This document shows, piece by piece, positions 9,483 to 17,973 of a DNA stretch of 32,000 nt. The notes below the pieces were generated by a model, which saw only the letters and a list, made by a program, of their open reading frames with translations, was not told where the DNA came from and did not search any database. Numbering within the stretch: position 1 is the first letter of the stretch; every line of letters starts with the position of its first letter. The stretch is from Promethearchaeota archaeon (GTDB lineage Archaea; Asgardarchaeota; Lokiarchaeia; Sigyniarchaeales; SOKP01), in contig JAUWGH010000006.1 of NCBI GenBank assembly GCA_030606485.1, positions 210,001-242,000 on the forward strand. The letters are read 5' to 3'. A program made the position numbers and the translations under genes.

Positions 9483-9823
9483 ACTTCATCACTAATTATT
9501 TGATTAATATTTTTAGTAAATTTCTTAAATTTTTTAAGTTCTCTTCTTCCTTTTTCACAAATCAAGTAAATATCTAACTTTTTATTATCTAATGTAATTT
9601 TCTCCTTTTTTATATATCCCATTCTGCTTAATTGATTTATGTTTGAAATTAATTTACCATCTGAAATATTTAAAACGTTTTTTAACTCTCTAAATTGTAA
9701 TCCATCTTTAAAATAGGAAATGAAAATCAAGAGTAATATCCGAGTTAATGTAAAAATATCAGAATTTATTTTTTTATAACCTTCTAAAATTGATTCTATT
9801 GCTAAATCTTCATTTATCTCCAT
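9479..9823 (-). CDS. winged-helix transcriptional regulator (HTH_34/MarR-ArsR-like)
   Basis: FRELKNVLNISDGKLISNINQLSRMGYIKKEK...YLICEKGR; 4-nt overlap with the next gene. Confidence 0.8.
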   Translation of the reverse strand: MEINEDLAIESILEGYKKINSDIFTLTRILLLIFISYFKDGLQFRELKNVLNISDGKLISNINQLSRMGYIKKEKITLDNKKLDIYLICEKGRRELKKFKKFTKNINQIISDEV

Positions 9824-9943
9824 TTTTTTTCAATATTAATAATAAAACTATTTTATTTAAATAATATGATTTACATTCAAAAACAAAGTAAAATAAAAAG
9901 TGAATATTTATAAGTTTTTAAAGTGATTTTGATTACTAATTTA

Positions 9944-10363
9944 TTAATAATCTAATTTAGAATCCAATGAATCCCTTAAACTATATTTCTTATATGCTTT
10001 TACCTTTTTCTGAATGCTATCAATTAAATGCGCCGGAAATTCGTCTAATGTTTTATCTTTAAATTGCTTATAACAGGAACAACAAAACTTCAATTCAAAA
10101 ATTTCAATATTTTTATGAAAAAAATGATTCCTCCTTGCTATGTTGTCAACCCTCCTTTCACAATTAATACAATAATCAAAAAATCTGGTGATTTTCTCTT
10201 CCTCAATTTCTTTCTCTGTCTTCCCAGTAAATATAAATTCATTTCTTATTTGATCTCTGATTGCTAACCGCAAATGTTCTGGCCTATAAGTCCCGTTGCA
10301 TCTACTACCTTCTAATAATTCCTTTATATTTGAATCTGATAAATCAACCGTAATTATCCTCAT
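9944..10363 (-). CDS. hypothetical protein: RHH-like N-terminus plus Cys-rich putative zinc finger
   Basis: MRIITVDL...EHLRLAIRDQI resembles a ribbon-helix-helix; CINC and CCSC pairs follow. Confidence 0.5.
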   Translation of the reverse strand: MRIITVDLSDSNIKELLEGSRCNGTYRPEHLRLAIRDQIRNEFIFTGKTEKEIEEEKITRFFDYCINCERRVDNIARRNHFFHKNIEIFELKFCCSCYKQFKDKTLDEFPAHLIDSIQKKVKAYKKYSLRDSLDSKLDY

Positions 10364-10614
10364 GAGTTTAATTCTCCTAATAAATCATTCTCTTTCTGTT
10401 AAAAATACTGATGTAATTTAGATTTATAAATATTTTCCCCATTCCAATTATTTATAAATTAGATGTAATTGTTTTTTTCATTATTAAATAAGATTTAAAA
10501 ATATTTTATTTAGTAAATGAACGTGTAAAAAAACTTTTCAACTGAAATGAGAAAAATTAAAGCTAATAAATTTGCCTATTGTTTTAGTAAATTTATAATT
10601 AATACACTAGATTT

Positions 10615-10938
10615 ATGCTGATTATGAAAGAAAATTCATCTACAAAAAAATTAATAATTAAAGCGATTGAAATTAAAGGTAATTGCCCTGTTTATAAAAT
10701 AGGAGATAAAACTGTTATTGAAGGTCCGGAAATAGACTTAAAACAATCAGATAAAGTGTGTATTCATGCTATATCATGTCTTGGGAATTTCATTGTCGCA
10801 CTACGAGAAGGTTTAAACCCTCAATCACTAGGTCTCGCAAAAGAAAACAACAAAAAAGCTTACTATCAATGTCTCGATCCTGGAACACCATATACTAATG
10901 GTGGAACTGTAATCTTTGAAGTTACACAGGTTTACTAA
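10615..10938 (+). CDS. TIGR04076-family Cys-rich protein
   Basis: KGNCPVYKIGD, VCIHA and CLDPG...GGTVIFEV. Confidence 0.75.
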   Translation: MLIMKENSSTKKLIIKAIEIKGNCPVYKIGDKTVIEGPEIDLKQSDKVCIHAISCLGNFIVALREGLNPQSLGLAKENNKKAYYQCLDPGTPYTNGGTVIFEVTQVY

Positions 10939-10962
10939 TTAAATTTAATAAATACAATCATT

Positions 10963-11010
10963 TTACATTTTTATTTTAATTAAAATATCATCGAGATAAT
11001 AGATATTTTC
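10963..11010 (-). repeat. NYN gene extreme 3'-end fragment, copy 3 (ENIYYLDDILIKIKM*)
   Basis: Matches the last 15 codons of both NYN genes; the flank 10943-10962 (atttaataaatacaatcatt) matches 1481-1500. Confidence 0.85.
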
Positions 11011-11075
11011 CAAAATCGGGTTCCGGTAAAGTTTTACGGCGAGAATTAATCGATATAGATTTTAAATTATTTTAA
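11007..11075 (+). pseudogene. C-terminal scrap of an acyl-CoA synthetase/AMP-binding enzyme
   Basis: Translates as FPKSGSGKVLRRELIDIDFKLF*, matching the A10 PxxxxGKxxRRxL motif; no upstream body. Confidence 0.6.
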
Positions 11076-11093
11076 ATTTTTTCATAATACAAT

Positions 11094-12224
11094 TTATTTT
11101 TTAGTTAATATTCTATTTCTTTTTGAAAGTATATAACCAATAGGATTAAATATAAGCGCATTAGATGATCTCAATAAAAATTGGATAATTGGAGCTGAAT
11201 ATATTTGAAAGGGGGAAGGATCATGAGTAAGATCTAAAAACCATCGAAATTTAGGTGTCCAGTTAGGTTTTATAGAATATTTCTTCATCAACTGTCTCAA
11301 TTTTTGTGATAATGGAAATGCGAATTTATCCAAGGAATATTTTTGCTTGATACCCCATTTTTCATATAATTCTTTATTAATATTTGCGTGGATTAGTTTT
11401 CTCGAAGGGTAACCTAATAGTTCACAACAATATAAATCTAGTTCAATTGGATTATCTGCGATAAATAATCGATTTAGAGGTATTGGAAAAGAGATATGAG
11501 GCCCTAATCCTATTCCAACTTTAGATCCCCCTATTATAGATAAACTGGGTCTCATAACTCGTCCAGCAGCTGCAATAATCTCATCTAAATGTCCATGAAT
11601 ATGGTATATTCCTTTATACCACTCGGATAAGGCTCCAAACATATTTTTTTCTGTCAAACTTACACCAGTTTCCCAATGATTTTTTAAAGGACATACAGAA
11701 ATAATGAAATTATTGGGATCTAACATAATTTTTGGAATACTTATAGAATGCGGAACTCCAAAAGCAAAAAAACGCACCTTTTCGACAGAAGATAGATTTA
11801 TGAATTTACATGATTTTAGAATCTCTTTATATCCTCTTTTCCTAAGAAGTTTTTCTGTAATAATTAGAGTAATCATATCTGCTTCGCATAGATAAATGTC
11901 TATTCCCGTACCACCAAAATAATCAATGAGTGATTTTATTATTCCTGATTCAGTATATGTTGAGGTATTTCCAGTTACTCCCCCTCCCATATTAATTTTA
12001 ATTAGAATTTTTGAAATTGTGGACAACTTTTTATTAAAAGGAAATTTGGATAAAACCTCGGAAGGATCATCATAAAAATTCTTTATGGACCTTATGAATA
12101 TCTTATTTATTTTATCTATATCATAATCTCGAGGGCTTATCTCTTTTCCAAATAACTTACCCGATTTTGAATACACTTTATAATAAGGCGTATCAATAAT
12201 AACTTTATCATCCATTTTTCTCAT
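11094..12224 (-). CDS. DUF362 domain putative Fe-S protein
   Basis: ILIKINMG, IYLCEAD, LKNHWETGVSLTEKNMFG, and DNPIELDLYCCELLG. Confidence 0.75.
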   Translation of the reverse strand: MRKMDDKVIIDTPYYKVYSKSGKLFGKEISPRDYDIDKINKIFIRSIKNFYDDPSEVLSKFPFNKKLSTISKILIKINMGGGVTGNTSTYTESGIIKSLIDYFGGTGIDIYLCEADMITLIITEKLLRKRGYKEILKSCKFINLSSVEKVRFFAFGVPHSISIPKIMLDPNNFIISVCPLKNHWETGVSLTEKNMFGALSEWYKGIYHIHGHLDEIIAAAGRVMRPSLSIIGGSKVGIGLGPHISFPIPLNRLFIADNPIELDLYCCELLGYPSRKLIHANINKELYEKWGIKQKYSLDKFAFPLSQKLRQLMKKYSIKPNWTPKFRWFLDLTHDPSPFQIYSAPIIQFLLRSSNALIFNPIGYILSKRNRILTKK

Positions 12225-12424
12225 GTGTTTTCATAATCTAGTTAATACTATTCAAAATGAAAATAATAGAATAAATATTTTTTATATGCTATTTTATAAC
12301 ATTGGCGATGTAAATAAATTATCTTATCGCAAAATTCATAACTTTCCAATATAATTTCTCTAATTTCTGTTGAATCTAAACAAATTAATAGTTTATCTAA
12401 ATCCCGAATGTTTTCACCATAAAT

Positions 12425-12673
12425 ATGATAATTATTGATCCCGTCTGCGGTATGAAATTAAAATTTATCTATTTGTCAGAACGGCTGAACAAGCTTTTAA
12501 CAATTTCCAAGTCAGGAAGAATCGTTATAATGTGCGCTGAAATATTTTGGTTCAGATGCCACCGCAGATGGATTGCAGAACAGTTAGTAATAGCCGGACG
12601 TAAAGTAATTCATATAATAGATGATACAAAAACATATCCTCATAAGTTGCGCAAAGAGATTCAGGAGGATTAA
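12425..12673 (+). pseudogene. chimeric ORF: YHS-domain start fused to a DUF488 C-terminal half
   Basis: IIDPVCGMK (YHS start), then IMCAEIFWFRCHRRWIAEQLVIAGRKVIHI (DUF488 C-terminal motif); neither domain is complete. Confidence 0.6.
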
Positions 12674-12693
12674 ATTTAATTATAAGATCGACT

Positions 12694-13365
12694 TTATTTT
12701 TCTAGTGTAATCTTCATCCAAGTATCTATTAGCACCATTTGATAACTATCTTTGAATTTAGTTTGCTCTAAAATATTTTTAATTTTAGTGTTATATTCTT
12801 CCCATGTAAAACCATGTAGCTTAGTGATACGGCTTGATATCAAATACCGTAAAAATCCGTATTTTCTTAATAATTCATTTACTTCCTCTTCAGGAAGGTC
12901 AGAACATCCATCATAAATCCATCCTTCTCCTTTACTTTTCAAAACGCGGTAACATTCATTGAAAACTTTAACTGGATTCTGCCAGTGATGAAAAGAACCT
13001 GTACTTACAATAAAATCAATTGATTCATCTTCAAATGGTAAGTCGGTAGCATTACTTAATTTAAATTGTACATTTTTAATGTCTCTCGCATTACGCGTTG
13101 CAATCTCTACCATTTTCTTACTCAAATCAATCCCATAAATCGTGAGCTTTGGTGCCCTTTTTGCTATTTCTATTGATAAAAAACCCGTTCCTGAACCAAT
13201 ATCTATGAGAATTCCCTTTTCTATTCTTTGAATAATAGTTAGGGCAATTTTAGTTTCTGATTTGCTTAGAAGCTTTTTTATAAAAGCATTATAAAAAATA
13301 GCACCCAGAGTAGGAATTGCTTCAAATTTTACTTGTATATCCCTAATAAATTTAATTAAACACAC
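12694..13365 (-). CDS. class I SAM-dependent methyltransferase
   Basis: LIDIGSGTG, YGIDLS, NATDLPFEDESIDFIVST and RVLKSKG. Confidence 0.9.
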   Translation of the reverse strand: MCLIKFIRDIQVKFEAIPTLGAIFYNAFIKKLLSKSETKIALTIIQRIEKGILIDIGSGTGFLSIEIAKRAPKLTIYGIDLSKKMVEIATRNARDIKNVQFKLSNATDLPFEDESIDFIVSTGSFHHWQNPVKVFNECYRVLKSKGEGWIYDGCSDLPEEEVNELLRKYGFLRYLISSRITKLHGFTWEEYNTKIKNILEQTKFKDSYQMVLIDTWMKITLEK

Positions 13366-13401
13366 TTGTATCTAACGTTGTATAATAAAAGATACTAAGA
13401 T

Positions 13402-14193
13402 TTATTTCTTTTGGTTTATTATATCCTGAACAGTAATTTCAGTATGATGATATCTCTGTGTTTTTAAAGTTCCTATACCAAATTGAATAGATTTTTCAGG
13501 GCAAAAATTAATACATGCTAAGCATTGCTGACATTTATGCTGCCATTGTGGTATTCCCTCTATTAGTATAATATTATTTACTGGACAAACCTTTTCACAT
13601 ATACCACACTTGTTGCAATTATCATCGGAGTAGAATGATTTATCACTTTCATACACTTCCTCTCGAAATTTATAATTAAATCTTTCACTCCTACTTACAT
13701 CTTTTTCAAAAATATCTTGATTGAGATTTTCTCTTTTATCCTTTAAAATTTCAGAGATTAATTCAACTTCTTTAATTGCATTTTCGAAAAACTCTTTTTG
13801 ACGTTCTTCTGAGTGAATATCATACGCAATAATGAAATTATTGGGCATAATAATATAAAATCCAGCACTAAGCTTTTTCTCTTTCGTTTTTAAAATCTTC
13901 TCCAACTGTTGTAAAGGAAGTTCGTTAATATCTCCAGCATACGTTATAACCGTAAAAAAATAATTGGATTTACTAAGATCTATTTTGTTTATAAAATCAT
14001 ACACTATTTTAGGCAATCCAGAATAATATAGGGGAAAAATAAAACCTACTTTTTCACTCGTCGATGCAAGGTTTTCCATTTCCCAAACCTTTGCAATGGG
14101 TATAAGTTCACAGTCTTCTAACTTTTCGGCAAGAACTCTCGCAATCTTTAAAGAATTGCCCGTTCCAGTAAAAAAATAGATTGTCGTTTCCAT
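13402..14193 (-). CDS. EFR1-family flavodoxin/[4Fe-4S] ferredoxin protein
   Basis: YFFTGTGNS flavodoxin motif plus CNKCGICEKVCP and CQQCLACINFCP. Confidence 0.88.
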   Translation of the reverse strand: METTIYFFTGTGNSLKIARVLAEKLEDCELIPIAKVWEMENLASTSEKVGFIFPLYYSGLPKIVYDFINKIDLSKSNYFFTVITYAGDINELPLQQLEKILKTKEKKLSAGFYIIMPNNFIIAYDIHSEERQKEFFENAIKEVELISEILKDKRENLNQDIFEKDVSRSERFNYKFREEVYESDKSFYSDDNCNKCGICEKVCPVNNIILIEGIPQWQHKCQQCLACINFCPEKSIQFGIGTLKTQRYHHTEITVQDIINQKK

Positions 14194-14263
14194 ATATACT
14201 TAAAATGCTCTCTTCTTTTAGAGTTTATTAACCTTTAATCCAATTTCTGGTGAGACACTCTTT

Positions 14264-14761
14264 TTACATTTTTATTTTACTCAATATATCATCAACATAA
14301 TAGATATTTTTCTGTTCGACTTCTTCCTTTAACGCATTTGCTAACGAATATCGAAACGCCCAAACTTCCACATTTTTATCCAATTCCTTTACTTTCTTAA
14401 CAACCGGCACAAAATCCCAGTCTCCAGAGACCAATACCGCCGTATCATATGTATTCTCATACACAAGAGAGATTATATCAATAGCGATTTTGATATCAAC
14501 TTTCTTCTCAATGGCATCACTAAACTCTATCTTATCAAAACTCGCTTTAATCACATATCCACTTCTATTACTTAAATCCTCATACCACTTCTTTTTCTCT
14601 GGGCTCATGGGATACACAACGCCTTCATATAAAAATATGCCCTGTAATTTTCGACGCTTCGTTATGATTTTTTTCAGTTTTTCATAGTCTGCCTTGATAT
14701 TATACTTCTTAAAGCCCTGGAAAATGTTGCTGTTATCTATAAAGATTATGATTCGTTCCAT
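14264..14761 (-). CDS. NYN domain (LabA/DUF88) nuclease, copy B
   Basis: 143/165 residues identical to copy A by hand count; SGDGDF has become SGDWDF. Confidence 0.92.
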   Translation of the reverse strand: MERIIIFIDNSNIFQGFKKYNIKADYEKLKKIITKRRKLQGIFLYEGVVYPMSPEKKKWYEDLSNRSGYVIKASFDKIEFSDAIEKKVDIKIAIDIISLVYENTYDTAVLVSGDWDFVPVVKKVKELDKNVEVWAFRYSLANALKEEVEQKNIYYVDDILSKIKM

Positions 14762-14878
14762 TTCAAAACCCTTTTTTGTATCCTCAAAATAACATTAATG
14801 ATTTAATGTTAAATCTTACTTTTCTTATTTAAAAGCGGAAGGATTTAAAAAGCATAATTTTCTTAAAACTGAAAAAAA

Positions 14879-15298
14879 TTAATGAATTTCAGAATTTAAA
14901 GATGTTATTTTTTTATACTGTTCCTCAGGTAGGTTATCCTTAACAATTTCAAAAAGTTCTAATAGGATATGATCTGGACCTTCAACCATAACATACTTCC
15001 ACACCCCATAGCTTTTAATTTGATTTCTAAATTTATATCCTTTACTTTTCATATGTGCTACAAGAGTCTCAAGATCATCTGTCTCTATCCCTATATGATG
15101 TACTATTCCACGCGCCTTATCTTTAGGTGGCTGATCATAGAAATTAAGTTTCGCAGAGCCAATAGATATCATAGCATTCCGAGCTCCTGCCATCTCCAAA
15201 TCAAATAGTACTTCTGCACCAAACATCTCATGATAAAATTTAATACTTTCATCGATATTAGAAGCAAAAAGGTGTGCATGATGTAAATTTGTTCTCAT
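14879..15298 (-). CDS. VOC (glyoxalase/bleomycin resistance) family protein
   Basis: LHHAHL...FYHEMFG, VHHIGIETDDL and VEGPDHILLELFE. Confidence 0.88.
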   Translation of the reverse strand: MRTNLHHAHLFASNIDESIKFYHEMFGAEVLFDLEMAGARNAMISIGSAKLNFYDQPPKDKARGIVHHIGIETDDLETLVAHMKSKGYKFRNQIKSYGVWKYVMVEGPDHILLELFEIVKDNLPEEQYKKITSLNSEIH

Positions 15299-15471
15299 TT
15301 CTTATCCCAATCAATTAACAATTAAAATTCTCAATTTTAAAATTAAGTAAATGAAATAAATAATTGACTATTCTAATATTATTATCAATATTATAAATAA
15401 TCAGAAACTATTTTTATCTGAAAGAGCAGTAAATTTTTTTATATTATTGAAAAAAATAAGATTGAGCCATT

Positions 15472-15657
15472 TTGCCTGAATATGAAGTTAAGATAAAATT
15501 CCATATTTTTCCATATAGAAAATTCAACATTATCGCTACTGATGATGAAGAAGCGAGAAGAATTGCTAAAATCCAAGCAGAACATATTATTGATACTTTA
15601 GACTTTACTATTGCTAGTATAAGACCTAAACGATATTTGATGGACAGGTTTTTATGA
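15472..15657 (+). CDS. small hypothetical protein
   Basis: 61-aa ORF with TTG start; IIATDDEEARRIA has a plausible beta-alpha pattern; no family recognised. Confidence 0.4.
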   Translation: MPEYEVKIKFHIFPYRKFNIIATDDEEARRIAKIQAEHIIDTLDFTIASIRPKRYLMDRFL

Positions 15658-15723
15658 AAAGAGCAAATCTATTCTGTCCATGATCGAATTAAAAAGAGAA
15701 AATTTTTACTCTTAATTTAACTT

Positions 15724-15783
15724 AACATTTGCTAAAGAATATCTAAACGCCCACCCTTCCACATTTTTATCCAATTCTTTTAC
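15724..15783 (-). repeat. NYN gene 3'-region fragment, copy 4 (VKELDKNVEGWAFRYSLANV)
   Basis: Aligns with both NYN genes and shares gctaaagaatatctaaacgcccac exactly with copy 1. Confidence 0.9.
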
Positions 15784-15987
15784 TTCCTTTTTTAATATTT
15801 TAACTGTGACAAATTTAATGCGTCCCTTAAACTATTAGTAAACTCAATAACTAATATTTTATCAGAGAATAATCTATATTTTTTTGTTAAAGCCCCAAAT
15901 GTCATAAATTTTTAGAAAGTTAATATTAAACTTTATAAAATTACATCTTTCCTTTAAATTTATAACAAAAATGATTATTCAGTTGAT

Positions 15988-16266
15988 TTATCCCCAATCG
16001 CTTTTATAACCAGTTCCTCCAGGGGGCCATGAGAAAATGATTGCCTCTTCCTGACAAACATACCAGCAAACGGCACATTCCAAACATTTTTCTAAACTCT
16101 TAATTTTAGCTTTTTTTTCCATGATTTCGAAACACCCAGCTAAACAAACTTTCACACAATTGCCGCATCCTATACATTTCTCATCATTAATTTTTATAAA
16201 CTCGCCCGCGCCCTCAACCCATTGCACACCAGGAAAATCTTTAAATGTTTTAACCATATTTATCAA
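15988..16266 (-). CDS. 2x[4Fe-4S] ferredoxin (FixX-like)
   Basis: CIGCGNCVKVC and CLECAVCWYVC; begins 7 nt after the flavoprotein stop. Confidence 0.88.
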   Translation of the reverse strand: MINMVKTFKDFPGVQWVEGAGEFIKINDEKCIGCGNCVKVCLAGCFEIMEKKAKIKSLEKCLECAVCWYVCQEEAIIFSWPPGGTGYKSDWG

Positions 16267-16273
16267 CTCTTAC

Positions 16274-17938
16274 TTAATATACATAAAATATTGATGGATT
16301 GGCTTTATCTACAAATTTTATCATTTTATTGCTTAATTTATTCGATATAGGATTTAATAATTTTATAATCGCTGAATTGATGGGCTCAATAATAGGCAAA
16401 CTTTTTCTCATTAATGTGTTCAAAGAATTTGAAAGAGGAATTATAATAATTTTAAGTACTCTTCTTATCCGCAGCATTGATTTCATTATTAAGTCTATAA
16501 ATCTCAACGTGCTTAGAAATTTGCGTTCCTTCTTTCTGACTCGTTTTGATGCTGTGACTTTAATAACCTTCTTTTTCACATAATCATAACTCTCGTGAAG
16601 CCAATTCTGATAATAACGGAAGTACATCTTAATCCATTTTGTTATTATCGTTGGATCTTCTTTCACATAGGCAAGGAGCAGCTTCATGAACGGCGTGGTA
16701 AAATGTGTCAACGAGCCTAACCCCCAACCTTGATGAATATACTTCTTGAGCTTCTTTATATCATGCTCTTGTTGAGCGATACGCAAATTATAGCGATTTC
16801 TACCCTTGATAGACCACTGAATAATTGAATGTGCCTTTATCTTATCATCATATTTCTTCAAAAAAGCTTTGGAAACGTCATTGGCTTTAATTGCTTCAAT
16901 TGCGACCTGGGCGGCAATTTCGGCTGAATACCATGCTGCCGGCACGCCATCACACAATTCTGTACTTTCAAGCCCCGCAGCATCTCCAATTAATATCATA
17001 CCATCCGTATGATTAGGCATTTTCCGGAGCTTTTTATTTAGCCCTACATAAATCTCGAAACCTTCCCACATCCTTGCACGCAATTTAGCTCGAGGAGCTA
17101 CTAAATCTTTCCACCACAACAGTTTTGAAGTTATATTATGATGATACTCATCAAATAGTTTACCTAAATTTGGCACCGATTTCTGATCTGTTCTTAAACA
17201 CTGGTCCTGCATAAAATGAATACTACTTCTATAAGGCCACACCATTAGACCATTGCCATAACCAAGCGGCGGAGATATTTTTTGCTCGTCCCAACCCCAA
17301 CACATCTTAACGGAATATCCAAAAATTTTATCAATGTCTTCTTTTCGCATAACATAGTCGTATGTATCGGCTAACGAGATGGTTTCAGGTGGATATTTTT
17401 CGCGTACGCCCGCCTTTATCGCTAATATGCCCTGCGAGCCCTCAGCATTTATTACAATCTTAGCCCTAATTTTCTCGCCTTTATCTGTTATAATTCCTTT
17501 AATGAATTCGCCCTCTTTTATAAAATTGGTGACTGTAGTTGACGTCCTTAGTTCAACGCCTGCCTCCACGGCCTTTCTGGCTTGCCACTGACAAAATGGC
17601 TTACAATAAGTATTATAACCAAATGCAATGATCGGAGAGAGTGGTTTCGGGACCTTTAGTGAATCATCGATTTCAATATCCCCTTTATCGATGTCTTTTA
17701 TAATATAGTTTACTATACCATCAGCAGGACGCTCAAAGGGAGGATTACCATCCCTAATAAATGCTGGAGCAAATAAAAATCCTTGAAATGGAATAGTTAA
17801 ACCCGAAATGACTTTATCGCCAACATTCTCAGAACGTTCAAGCATTAAGGTTTTAAGCTCGGCATCAGCACAGAGCTTCGCTGCTACAGAGCCCCCAAAC
17901 CCAGCACCAACAACAATAATATCAAAGTCTTCGTCCAT
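16274..17938 (-). CDS. FAD-dependent oxidoreductase, geranylgeranyl reductase/FixC-like
   Basis: DIIVVGAGFGGS, LMLER, IVINAEG and ILIGDAAG; long basic C-terminal extension. Confidence 0.82.
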   Translation of the reverse strand: MDEDFDIIVVGAGFGGSVAAKLCADAELKTLMLERSENVGDKVISGLTIPFQGFLFAPAFIRDGNPPFERPADGIVNYIIKDIDKGDIEIDDSLKVPKPLSPIIAFGYNTYCKPFCQWQARKAVEAGVELRTSTTVTNFIKEGEFIKGIITDKGEKIRAKIVINAEGSQGILAIKAGVREKYPPETISLADTYDYVMRKEDIDKIFGYSVKMCWGWDEQKISPPLGYGNGLMVWPYRSSIHFMQDQCLRTDQKSVPNLGKLFDEYHHNITSKLLWWKDLVAPRAKLRARMWEGFEIYVGLNKKLRKMPNHTDGMILIGDAAGLESTELCDGVPAAWYSAEIAAQVAIEAIKANDVSKAFLKKYDDKIKAHSIIQWSIKGRNRYNLRIAQQEHDIKKLKKYIHQGWGLGSLTHFTTPFMKLLLAYVKEDPTIITKWIKMYFRYYQNWLHESYDYVKKKVIKVTASKRVRKKERKFLSTLRFIDLIMKSMLRIRRVLKIIIIPLSNSLNTLMRKSLPIIEPINSAIIKLLNPISNKLSNKMIKFVDKANPSIFYVY

Positions 17939-17973
17939 TTATAAAATATTGAATAAAGAAGTATATAAATTTA

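Noticed and set aside
1501-15783. NYN repeats as a diversity-generating retroelement TR/VR pair
   Set aside because: Mismatches between copies involve C and G as well as A (e.g. cta/gtg, cga/aga, tcg/tct), and no reverse transcriptase is in the window.
1501-15783. NYN repeats as a CRISPR array or MITE family
   Set aside because: Lengths (48-111 bp) and spacing (0.6-7 kb) are irregular, the copies are protein-coding remnants, and no terminal inverted repeats or cas genes were seen.
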